Made by a program: the position numbers and the translations under genes. Of a DNA stretch of 53,473 bases, positions 38,825-50,900 are shown piece after piece. The notes beneath the pieces were generated by a model. That model did not search any database. It saw only the letters and a list, made by a program, of their open reading frames with translations, and had not been told where the DNA came from. Each line of letters starts with the position of its first letter. The first letter of the stretch is position 1. Source of the stretch: Alphaproteobacteria bacterium (lineage in GTDB: Bacteria; Pseudomonadota; Alphaproteobacteria; Rs-D84); contig JAFZHX010000038.1 of the NCBI GenBank assembly GCA_017554665.1, positions 1-53,473 on the forward strand, read 5' to 3'.

Positions 38825-39431
38825 TTTTTATCCTTTCCTTTACTGGTCCAAAGCTTTTTCTATAATGCTCATTTATACCATAGATTTCGATTGCCTGTAA
38901 ATGAGATTTTGTTGGATACCCTGCATTTTTATCCCACATATACTGTGGAAATTGTTTTGCCAAATCATGCATTAATCTATCGCGTGTTTCCTTGGCCAAA
39001 ATAGAGGCAGCAGCAATCGACAAAGACTTTGCATCACCTTTGACGACACCTTGACCGTTCAGTCCCTCGGGCACCCTATTTCCATCAATTAAACAATATT
39101 GCGGTTTAACAGACAATTTTTCCACAGCGCGCTTCATTGCCAACATCGAAGCCCATAAAATATTAAGTTCATCAATTTCAGCAGGCGAGCATTCCGCCAC
39201 TGCCCAAACAGTATTTTCAACAATCCAATCATAAGCCACAGCGCGTTGTCGTGCTGTCATTTGTTTTGAATCACGAATTATCACAGGGATATCGACATTA
39301 TGATTTTTAAATATAACAGCAGCAGCAACCACGGGCCCACACAAAGGTCCGCGTCCTGCCTCATCTACACCTGCAACAAAATCACTATTTACAGCGACTT
39401 CTAAACTAAAATCAGGAATATCTTTTTTCAT
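38805..39431 (-). CDS. rnhB: Ribonuclease HII
   Basis: VAGVDEAGRGPLCGPVVAAAV and DSKQMT are present. It overlaps the pgk start by 20 nt. Confidence 0.92.
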   Translation of the reverse strand: MKKDIPDFSLEVAVNSDFVAGVDEAGRGPLCGPVVAAAVIFKNHNVDIPVIIRDSKQMTARQRAVAYDWIVENTVWAVAECSPAEIDELNILWASMLAMKRAVEKLSVKPQYCLIDGNRVPEGLNGQGVVKGDAKSLSIAAASILAKETRDRLMHDLAKQFPQYMWDKNAGYPTKSHLQAIEIYGINEHYRKSFGPVKERIKNENSHN

Positions 39432-39467
39432 AAGTGAAAAATATCACTTACAAAATAAATTTACCAA

Positions 39468-39495
39468 TAAAAAATCCCCCGTTGGGGGATTTTTT

Positions 39496-39497
<2 letters not shown>
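39468..39497. terminator. Rho-independent terminator
   Basis: aaaaatccccc-gtt-gggggatttttttt. Confidence 0.8.
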
Positions 39498-41727
<2,230 letters not shown>

Positions 41728-41818
41728 TTAATCCTCCCTTGAAATATCTCTTATACTATAACATAAAAAACATTATAAAAAAAGCAATTTTTACATATTT
41801 ACTTATATTTATTTAGCA

Positions 41819-41846
41819 TTGACAAAATAAAAGCATTGTCTATAAT
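41819..41846 (+). promoter_or_regulatory. Consensus sigma70 promoter placed for a leaderless transcript
   Basis: TTGACA (41819-41824), a 16-nt spacer, TATAAT (41841-41846), then 6 nt to the ATG at 41853. There is no SD. Confidence 0.6.
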
Positions 41847-41852
41847 GTTTTT

Positions 41853-42758
41853 ATGAGCAAAATAATTAACTTTTTCAAAAACCACAAGCACTTTGTAAAC
41901 TGGACAGTGTGTTACACAGCAGCCGTATGGTCTTTATTGTATTTTATGTTTGGTTTCAACATATTCAAAGGACATCACTGGCACATATTATCACACGCTC
42001 ACCTCCACGGTTTCATAGGTTTTGTCTTTGGAGCATTACTACTCTCTATTCTCCCGATATACCTATCAACAAGCACGATTATCATACGCACAAAAAAACC
42101 ATTAATTACGATTCCGCTACCTAAACTAGGCAAAAAATCAGAAGAACCAAAAAAACAAGAAGACTCCAAAGAAAATAAAGAAGACGAAAAAGCAGAGGAT
42201 TTTTCCCACATACCTTTGGAAATACGTCCTGCATTTGCGCGTGCAAAAAACCATCCCTTGGACATACAAATAAAATCTCCAACTTCTATCGCTTCAAATT
42301 CTGAAGCAACAGAACAAGAAACCGAGCTACCTATCCCTACAGATTTCGACATTTCTTTCTCGCCCGAAGAAATAGAAGACATCCAAGAAGAAAGCATGCC
42401 TATATTCAAAGACTTTAACTTTGAAGACAGCACAACAGACACACAAACAAACAGCATTACCGAACACCTAGACAAAGCCGGCATCAAATACTCTACTGTT
42501 AACGGCCTTATTGTTACAGACACTCAGGCAATAGCAGTCCACAACGATTCGGATTTTTGGGTTACAGACAATGAAAATTGGTTTGCGACCGGCAAAAGCA
42601 TTCCATCTCCTATTAATTCTGTAAAAGAAATTGCTGCACAGTTCAAAGTAACCCCTGTATTATACTTGGCGGAACAAAACATTATGGACATTGAAACTTT
42701 GATTCCACAGTGGGAATCCGAAGGCATAAAAGTCATCCAAGACCTATCTGAATTATAA
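41853..42758 (+). CDS. Hypothetical membrane protein (301 aa)
   Basis: It has two N-terminal TM helices, an acidic K/E/D-rich linker and a C-terminal globular region. I recognise no family. Confidence 0.65.
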   Translation: MSKIINFFKNHKHFVNWTVCYTAAVWSLLYFMFGFNIFKGHHWHILSHAHLHGFIGFVFGALLLSILPIYLSTSTIIIRTKKPLITIPLPKLGKKSEEPKKQEDSKENKEDEKAEDFSHIPLEIRPAFARAKNHPLDIQIKSPTSIASNSEATEQETELPIPTDFDISFSPEEIEDIQEESMPIFKDFNFEDSTTDTQTNSITEHLDKAGIKYSTVNGLIVTDTQAIAVHNDSDFWVTDNENWFATGKSIPSPINSVKEIAAQFKVTPVLYLAEQNIMDIETLIPQWESEGIKVIQDLSEL

Positions 42759-42790
42759 AAAAAAGACCACTACTCGGCGGTCTTTTTTTA
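42757..42790. terminator. Bidirectional rho-independent terminator
   Basis: aaaaaaaagaccac-tactc-ggcggtcttttttt, located between convergent genes. Confidence 0.7.
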
Positions 42791-42809
42791 TCAATTGGAA
42801 TAATAAATA

Positions 42810-43679
42810 TTAGCCCAACATTTTTGCAACTTCGTCAGCCAAGTTGTCTTCACGTTTTTGGATACCTTCACCCAAAACGAAGCATGCGAATCCAGCCAAT
42901 TTACCGCCAGCTTCTGCAACAACATCTTTAACTGATTTAGAAGGGTCCATAACAAATGGTTGTTCTTCCAAAACGCTTTCGCCATAGTATTTTTTAATAC
43001 GGCCTTCGATCATTTTTTCGACAACATTTTCTGGTTTGCCAGCAGTTGCGCCAGATTCGATAAAAACTTTCTTTTCGCGTTCTACAGCAACTGGATCAAC
43101 ATCAGCAACTGTCATAAATTCTGGTTTATTAGCAGCTACGTGCATAGCAACTTTTGTACCGACTTCATCGATTTTATCATCTGAACCGTTGATAGCAACG
43201 ACGACACCGATTTGCCCCATACCTGGAACCAATGCATTGTGGATATAAGTATAGATTTTATCGCCATTAACTTTTGCGATACGGCGCAAGTTCATATTTT
43301 CACCAATTGTTGAGATTGTTGCAGCGATATCATCTTTCACAGCTTCCATAGTAGCATCGAAATCGCCTTGCAATTCAGCAGCTTTGGCAGCAACATCTGC
43401 GACCAACTTTTGGAATTTTTCATTTTTAGCAACAAAGTCTGTTTCTGCATTTAATTCAACAACGCAACCCATATTACCGTTTTTAACGACAGTAACCAAA
43501 CCTGATGCAGCGACGCGGCCAGCTTTAGAAGCAGCTTTTACGATACCTTTTTGGCGCAACCAATCAGCAGCAGCTTGGATATCGCCATCATTTTCCATCA
43601 AGGCTTTTTTACAATCCATCATACCGGCGGATGTTTTTTCACGCAATTCTTGAATTAATTTTGCTGTAATTTCTGCCAT
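42810..43679 (-). CDS. tsf: Elongation factor Ts
   Basis: MAEITAKLIQELREKTSAGMMDCKKAL. The start at 43679 follows GGGAGAA. Confidence 0.95.
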   Translation of the reverse strand: MAEITAKLIQELREKTSAGMMDCKKALMENDGDIQAAADWLRQKGIVKAASKAGRVAASGLVTVVKNGNMGCVVELNAETDFVAKNEKFQKLVADVAAKAAELQGDFDATMEAVKDDIAATISTIGENMNLRRIAKVNGDKIYTYIHNALVPGMGQIGVVVAINGSDDKIDEVGTKVAMHVAANKPEFMTVADVDPVAVEREKKVFIESGATAGKPENVVEKMIEGRIKKYYGESVLEEQPFVMDPSKSVKDVVAEAGGKLAGFACFVLGEGIQKREDNLADEVAKMLG

Positions 43680-43716
43680 TGTAATTTCTCCCATCTTTGT
43701 TATAAAGAATTCTTTT

Positions 43717-43740
43717 GTGCAGGGGAAAAGCCCCCTGCAC
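43717..43740 (-). other. 9-bp GC-rich hairpin in the rpsB-tsf spacer
   Basis: gtgcagggg-aaaagc-cccctgcac. There is no T-run after it on the transcribed strand, so it is not a simple terminator. Confidence 0.45.
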
Positions 43741-43765
43741 GATTTAATCAGATAAAATCAGATAA

Positions 43766-44617
43766 TTATTTATCTGCTTTGTCAGCCAATTTGCTGCGGC
43801 GTTCTGCACGAGCAGCTGTTGTTTTTGATTTAACTTTGGCTTCTTTTTCTTTGATTTCATCTTCCAGTTCATCGGCTGCATCTGCCATATTTTCAGATGC
43901 CATTTTTTTACCTGCGACACCGCCCAAGCGTTTTTCGATACCAGACAAGATAGCATCTACGAACAAGTCGCAATACAACTGAGTTGCGCGAGCAGCATCA
44001 TCATTACCTGGAACTGGGTAATCAACCATTTCTGGATTTGCATTTGTATCGCAGATAGCAATTGTTGGGATATCCAAATTTTTTGCTTCGCGAACTGCAT
44101 TCATTTCACGTGGAACGTCAATAATAACGATAGCCTGTGGAGTTCCATGCATTTCCATAATACCGCCGAAAATACCGCGTAGTTTTTCAACTTCTTTGGT
44201 CATTACACCGACTTCTTTTTTTGTCAGGCCTAATTTTTCAGCGTTTTCGACATCAGCTTCCATTTTTTTCAAGCGACGGATAGATTGAGAAACTGTAGTC
44301 CAGTTAGTCAACATACCACCCAACCAGCGGTTATTTACATAGAATTGACCGCAACGTTCAGCAGCATCTTTTACGATATCTTTTGCTTGATGTTTAGTAG
44401 CAACGAACAGAACCTTACCACCAGCAGCTGCGATAGCTTCCAATGCGACCAAAGAACGGTGCAACAATGGTGCAGTTTTATTCAAATTGATAATATGAAT
44501 TTTATCTTTAACGCCATAAACATATGGAGTCATCAAAGGGTTCCAGCGACGAGTATGGTGACCGAAATGAACACCAGCTTCCATCAACTGTTTCATAGTA
44601 AATGTTGGCAATGCCAT
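43766..44617 (-). CDS. rpsB: 30S ribosomal protein S2 with a K/E/A-rich C-terminal tail
   Basis: MALPTFTMKQLMEAGVHFGHHTRRWNP. The start at 44617 follows AAGGAT; the ORF track extends to 44731. Confidence 0.95.
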   Translation of the reverse strand: MALPTFTMKQLMEAGVHFGHHTRRWNPLMTPYVYGVKDKIHIINLNKTAPLLHRSLVALEAIAAAGGKVLFVATKHQAKDIVKDAAERCGQFYVNNRWLGGMLTNWTTVSQSIRRLKKMEADVENAEKLGLTKKEVGVMTKEVEKLRGIFGGIMEMHGTPQAIVIIDVPREMNAVREAKNLDIPTIAICDTNANPEMVDYPVPGNDDAARATQLYCDLFVDAILSGIEKRLGGVAGKKMASENMADAADELEDEIKEKEAKVKSKTTAARAERRSKLADKADK

Positions 44618-44862
44618 GATTTTATCCTTTTTTGTGTTGTTATCCTCGCCACCTGCGGTCAGACCAGAAATACATCTGGACACAAATTTTGCAGAGTGGT
44701 TGTGTTCTTCGCACCAAGGTGCGTGCCCCAATAATACCCCAGCAACATTAAAAAATCAAGTAAAAAGAATAAAATTTATTCCACTATTGTCGGGACAGTC
44801 ACCACACAAATCAAGCCCCCAAGACAAACAAGACAAGTTTTATTTTATTCCGTACCACAGCG

Positions 44863-44889
44863 AAAAAACCCGCGGAATAACCGCGGGTT
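44863..44889 (-). terminator. Rho-independent terminator after gene F
   Basis: The minus strand reads aacccgcgg-ttatt-ccgcgggtt followed by tttttt. Confidence 0.75.
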
Positions 44890-44902
44890 AATTTATCTAC
44901 CC

Positions 44903-47900
44903 TTACATTTGTAATGTTGTACATTGCGGACTCGAAGACTCATCCCAAGTTTCACAATATTGCTCACCAAACATAGGAGCTTTGGTTTTCTTACAATGAG
45001 AATAAACAACGCATTTTTCACATGTTAAATCAGTTGGATTAAACACAGTTGTAATATCTTCTTTGTAATTCCAATATTCAACTTTGTATTCACCACGAAG
45101 TTTTTGCGTTTCTGCGTACTCAAAAGCTTCTGAAGCAGCCGAATTTGCAACAGCAATACCTGTCGCCAAACCAGCCGACACAGCTGCACCAACAGAACCA
45201 ATAACAGCAGCAGAAATTCCTGCAGCAACCACAGAAGCTGAAGTAGCTGCCGTAGCCGCTGCCGCTGTAGCGAATGAAGCTGCAACGGAAGCCGCAAAAC
45301 CACCGGTAGTAGCAGCGAATGAAGCTGTAGCAGCGGCGGTAGCAGCAGCGGCGGCTGTAGAAGTAGCAGCAGCCTGTGCAGCACCCAGCCCACCAACAGA
45401 AGCTAACGACGCAGCACCACCAACCCCAAACGTACAAACAGTAACCGCAGTAATCGCCAATGCAAGTATAATACCCAAAAATATTCCACCACCAACACTA
45501 GCCGGAGGGGTTGTAGATTTTGGCATAGCAGAACCTTCTGCCAAATTCACACAAGACTGACGTGCCAATTCACGATGTCTATCTTTAAAGTTTTCACCCG
45601 CTATTTCCGCCTGACGTTCTGAAATTTTTATATAATCTTGCAAGGAACGTTCTGTCAAGCTATCGTATTTGGCATAATAATTACTCTTTGCTTTTTGCAA
45701 TAATTTTGCTGCCATAATTGTACGGGTCTGCTTGGTCAGATTTGGGAAACGCGCAACCTTTTCAGTATTAAGACCTGAAACCTTGCGTCCTTCCATACAT
45801 GCTGCAACCGTAACATCAGATTCAATAGAATCCATAACGCTATCCAATGACTTTTTAAACACACTAAATTCATTGTTCAAACGTTCTTTCTGCTTGTCTG
45901 TCATAAATAGTTTACGATCTTCCAGCTTTTGCATATAATCATCCAAGCCTTCAAAATTACCATCTACACCAACAGAAATAGATTCCCAATAAATAGGCAC
46001 ATCAATCAACACAGCATAAGGTGTTACAGGCCCCAATTCACCAGACACTGAATTTTCCACACGTCCCAAATCTTTATCTGGAATCATAGACTGTTCTGCG
46101 AAACAATGATCTGTTAACACAAAACCATCTTGATACAATTGGTATTCGCAAATTTTATATTCCAACGAAGTTGTACCAAACGTATTCAAATCTATCAGAC
46201 TTGCGCAATCCATATTTTCGCCACAAACGCGTTTAGTTGCAGTTTCCAATGCAGCTTCACAAGTTGCCAACATTTCGTTATCGATATTCAAGATAATACC
46301 TTGAACCATCTTATTCAAATTATCATAAACTTCATTAGATGTCAGTTTTTTATCATGAACACTTTGACAACCAGTCAGTTTATCATATGGGCACATTCTG
46401 ATAATTTGTTCTGTACTTAGACCAACACACTGAGAATAATCAGCACCACATCTATCTTCCGAACTTAAACATTCTTTTAATTCATTAGTACAAGCATCAA
46501 CTTTCATCGCAGCCAGTCTTGCCAACACATAATCCCAAATGCTAGACTCACGCGCTTTTACAGGGTCCGAGCTATTGATACCACAAGCATCCAACTGCAC
46601 CTTACAAACATTCAGCATTGTTTCTGGTCTGGACAAGCACATATCATAAGAACCATCTGGATCATTTGGATCCATATGATCTTTACATGCATTTCTAAAG
46701 CAGTCAGAAACATTACCGATACAATCTTTTCTCATATTATCTTCGGCAATCGTTTCAGCTAATTTTAATTGCGGAGCCACATCTTTTACAAAAACATCAA
46801 AGACCTGATCTGCTACCTTGGTACACTGTTTAAAAACTGCTTCACACAAAGGCTTTTTTGCAACCAAAATATCATAAGTAGAAGCAGAAATTTCTATATT
46901 AGAAACAGCCCCCTGAATTTTATAAGTAGTTTGTTTTTTATCCTTCTCTCTGCTATTAGTAGCACTAATGGCAGAAACAGAGGCGCACTTTGAAAAATCA
47001 TTACCACAACCTGCTGTTGTTTGCATACATTCTTTAAATGCTGTTGTACATTGCCCCAAATCAAACTTATTTGCATTTTTCGCATTATCAAAAGCAACTG
47101 TACGCAAAGCACCTTCGACTTGACGTTTTTTTGCCTTTGCATCACTAAGTTGTTTTTTCAAAGCATTATTATATGCAGCACAGTCAGAGTTAATTGCCCC
47201 GTCATACACCGAAGACATAAAAGACAATTTATCGCCACATTGTGTAATTCTTTCTGCACAAACTTCATGTGCCTTTCTCTTTAACTGAGCACCAATTTCA
47301 CCATCGGACCAAGCCTGTTTGATAGATATTCTATTTGCACTAACTTCGCTGGTAAAGTTGACTTCCGTTTCACCCGACAACGCGGCTTCAATTGTTTTTT
47401 CACCCAAATTAGCAATTTTAAATGCTTCTTGATCAATCTCTTCAATTTCTGCAAGCAATTTATCAAATGAACGGTATTTATCACTGCACACACAGCGACC
47501 ACCGCTAAAGTTTTCAATTACACAGAAAGAGTCCATACAACCGTTATAAATCTGCTTACAATCATCACTAACAACTACATTTTCAGCAGCACCCGCAACT
47601 TTGGTTCCTGTACTCACAACCTTTTGAGTAGAGGCAGCACGCGCTGAAACCGTTGGTACCTTTGAAGCAGCAGGCACACCACCACCACGCACAGCTGTTG
47701 TACGACCACCAGTTTTACCAGCTGCAGGAGCAGCTGCCTGTGACGCAGTCTTAGCGTTTGTTGCCGCACGTGCAGACACCCCCCCTTTTTTTGGCGCAGC
47801 TGATACAGCAGCATTACCCCTTTGCACATTTCCCCTGCGTGCAGGTGCGCAAAATGCACCATTAATTACGGTGCATAATGCTAAAGTTACGATTGATATA

Positions 47901-47914
47901 TTTTTTCCACACAT
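44903..47914 (-). CDS. Secreted cysteine-rich protein F (1003 aa) with a long Ala/Gly-rich hydrophobic region
   Basis: It has a signal peptide and a basic A/R/G/P/T/K tract (VSARAATNAKTA..AAGKTGGRTT). Motifs are GCMDSFC, ECMQTTAGCGNDFSKC and ECLSSEDRCGADYSQC. An Ala/Gly/Ser/Thr hydrophobic stretch of about 130 aa precedes a Cys-rich C-terminus. Confidence 0.85.
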   Translation of the reverse strand: MCGKNISIVTLALCTVINGAFCAPARRGNVQRGNAAVSAAPKKGGVSARAATNAKTASQAAAPAAGKTGGRTTAVRGGGVPAASKVPTVSARAASTQKVVSTGTKVAGAAENVVVSDDCKQIYNGCMDSFCVIENFSGGRCVCSDKYRSFDKLLAEIEEIDQEAFKIANLGEKTIEAALSGETEVNFTSEVSANRISIKQAWSDGEIGAQLKRKAHEVCAERITQCGDKLSFMSSVYDGAINSDCAAYNNALKKQLSDAKAKKRQVEGALRTVAFDNAKNANKFDLGQCTTAFKECMQTTAGCGNDFSKCASVSAISATNSREKDKKQTTYKIQGAVSNIEISASTYDILVAKKPLCEAVFKQCTKVADQVFDVFVKDVAPQLKLAETIAEDNMRKDCIGNVSDCFRNACKDHMDPNDPDGSYDMCLSRPETMLNVCKVQLDACGINSSDPVKARESSIWDYVLARLAAMKVDACTNELKECLSSEDRCGADYSQCVGLSTEQIIRMCPYDKLTGCQSVHDKKLTSNEVYDNLNKMVQGIILNIDNEMLATCEAALETATKRVCGENMDCASLIDLNTFGTTSLEYKICEYQLYQDGFVLTDHCFAEQSMIPDKDLGRVENSVSGELGPVTPYAVLIDVPIYWESISVGVDGNFEGLDDYMQKLEDRKLFMTDKQKERLNNEFSVFKKSLDSVMDSIESDVTVAACMEGRKVSGLNTEKVARFPNLTKQTRTIMAAKLLQKAKSNYYAKYDSLTERSLQDYIKISERQAEIAGENFKDRHRELARQSCVNLAEGSAMPKSTTPPASVGGGIFLGIILALAITAVTVCTFGVGGAASLASVGGLGAAQAAATSTAAAAATAAATASFAATTGGFAASVAASFATAAAATAATSASVVAAGISAAVIGSVGAAVSAGLATGIAVANSAASEAFEYAETQKLRGEYKVEYWNYKEDITTVFNPTDLTCEKCVVYSHCKKTKAPMFGEQYCETWDESSSPQCTTLQM

Positions 47915-47929
47915 CTTCTAAAGCTCTAA

Positions 47930-50900
47930 TTAATATTGTGTATCTGTACATTCTTCTACTGGATCTTCCCATGCTTTACAATAACGAGAGTCTATCTTAC
48001 AACAGTCTTTATATCCTCTCTTATCTGTACAGTTTTGTTTACGGACACACTTTCTACATACCAAAGTCGATGTATTAAATGTAATAGTTGTTGTTTCTTT
48101 AAAGTAAGGTTCATCGTTCGAGCTGGTTGCAGAGTATTCACCCTGAATATCACCACCCGAACCATCTATAGAGATCGCTTGCCCCAAGCAAGAAGCTGCC
48201 AAAACAGGAATCTTGTCTTTTAGTTCCTGAGCCTTGCGAACTTCAACAATACGTTGTGCCAACTTTACATTCTCTTCCGAAATCTTGGTTTGCAGTTCTT
48301 TATACTTCTTATCATAGTTCGCTTGTGCTTTACGCAAAGCAGTCTGTGCGATAATTGTTTTCAAAGAATCTGTCAACCCTGGGAAGCGACCTTCTTCCAA
48401 TTCTTCGCCATCAGTGTTTTCAGAAGTAATCTTCTTTCCCTTATCCAATCCCTGTACTTTGCGACCAGTCATACAGTACTGAACCTGTGGGTCATTTTCA
48501 ATTGATTGAATAGTAGCCATAATCGCATTTTTCAACGACCCCAAGTCAGAAGCAATCGCATCAGCTTTATCGCTAGAGATTGCTGTACCCACTGCCGAAG
48601 ACAAACCTGTCGCACACAAATGTTTTTGCGTTTTGTTATTATTGGCAACATCCAAAGTAATTTCACAGTTCGCATCTGGTTGTTCCAACGAGAAAGTAAT
48701 CTTATTCCATTTTATGGTACCATCAATAACACCCGAGAACATAGGAGGACCATCATAAGTAACAACCCTGTGCGCTTTTGATCTGTTCTCCATAGCTTTC
48801 GCCATCATAAGTTTAACTTCTCCACTCAAAGTTTCTCCATTATCAATCAAATCAGCTGCTTCTTTTCTATATTTGTCTGCCAGGTCTAGATAACTCTGAG
48901 AAGCATCATCTAATGTTGCTTCACCTAATAAAACCTTGTCAGAAATCAATGAAATATCCTGCACACAAGCGGAATAGTTACCACTTCCATCATCCTGACA
49001 AATCTTGTATTCCAAAGCATGCTGACCAACACCATTTGGCAAAGACATCGATTCGCAAGAATCTGTAGAACCACACGTCTTAATCATAGCTTTGTTCACA
49101 GCTTCCTGACACTGTTCAATCATTTTGTTATCAATATTCAATATCAACCCCTGAGCAACAGAATATATATATTCTTCTTGCTCTGTTACGGTGTCTCCAT
49201 ATGAAGAAGAATAACATGCTGTCAACTTATCGCGATGACACATCCCCATAATTGTATATGTATCCAAACCAATACAGTTAGTATAATCTTTACCACAAAC
49301 ATCCTCTGACTGTATACAATCTCTAACTTCTGTTGAACATGCGTCAACTCTCATAGCATTAAGTCTTGCTACAATAAATCCCCAAATCGGACTTGCCATA
49401 GCAGCAGTTTTGCTCTCTGCATTAATAGCACAGTTATTCAAAGGAACCTTACAAGCGAACAACATTGTTTCTGGTCTGGACAAACACATGTCATAAGAGC
49501 CGTCTGGGTCATTTGGATCCATGTTATCTTTACATGCTTTTTTAAAGCAGTCAGAAACATTACCAATACAGCTTTGTCTTGATTTGTCTTCTGCAATTAA
49601 TTCAGCAGATTTTAATTGCGGAGCAACTTCACGCATAAACACATCCCAAACTTGATCTGCAACCTTGGTACATTGTTTCAACACAGTTTCACACAAAGGT
49701 TTTTTCGCCATCAAAGCATCATAAGTAGATGCAGAAACTTCTATACTAGAAACCGCACCCCTAATCTGATAGTTTTTGGCTGCTTTACTTGTACTACGTA
49801 CTGTACTTGTTGAATCCAACGCAGATATAGTTGCACAACCCGAAAAATCTGTACCACAACCTGCAGTTGTCTGCATACATTCTTTAAATGCGATTGTACA
49901 CTGACCTAAGTCAAACTTGTTTGCATTCTGTTCTTTTTCAAATGCAGTTTCACGTAAAGCCTTTTCTGCAGCTTGCAACTTCTGAGCACTTTGCGTCTTT
50001 TTCTGCTTCATAACATTTTCATATGCTGTACAGTCTGACTTAATTCTTTGAACATACATCATCTGCAACATATTTATATCTTTTTCACATTCAGGCATCT
50101 GAGCTTTACACAATTTAGCAGCAGCTTTCTGCAACTCATCACCCTGCTTGCCATCAATTGGATCTACATAAGTTTCAACTTCTGCAAATGCATCTTCTTC
50201 ATCATCTTCAAAACTCATAGGTGTAGTCCACAAGCTCAAATCCAAAGTCTTTTTTTTCTTGGTTTCTTCCTTGACTGCTGGCTTATTGCTATCCTTAATC
50301 GAATTAACGACTTCATTTACCTTAGCAATCGCAGCATCCGCATCTTCACCCATTTCCAGCTTTTCAACACCCAAAGTTGCCATTTGATACGACAAATCAT
50401 CTAATTTCTCAATTTCTAACAAAATAGCATCTAATTCTACATTCCTATCACTACAAAGACATCTACCACCACTTTCATTGTCTAGCATACAGAAAGAGTC
50501 CATACAACCTTCATACTTGTTACGACATTCTTCACTAACAACCGTGTTTTGAGTTGCTTCTTGCACCTTGGTTCCAGTACTAATAACACTTTGCTTTTTA
50601 GCAGCACGCGCAGAAACAGCAGGCGCACCAGTCTTTGGCGCAGCTTTGGTATTAGCCGCAGGCGCATTAGGAGTTGTACCACTGCGCGCAGATGTCGTAC
50701 GACCACCTGTCTTACCAGCAGCAGGAGCACCAGCCTTTGGCGCTGTCTTGGCATTAGTCGCAGCACGCGCGGACACCGGCTTAGAAGCAGTAGTTTTCGC
50801 ATTCGAACCAGCCGAAGTCGCAGGCGCAGCACCACCCCTACCAGCAGGACGACCAGCACGAGCAGCAGCCGAAACCCCAGTCGTATCAAGCGTTGCATAC

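Noticed and set aside
50249-50258. Homopolymer tracts inside surface-protein genes as phase-variation switches (T8 here; A8 near 2860 and 6800)
   Set aside because: Runs of 8 A/T are common in this AT-rich genome and here encode Lys runs. Without population data, nothing indicates slipped-strand switching.
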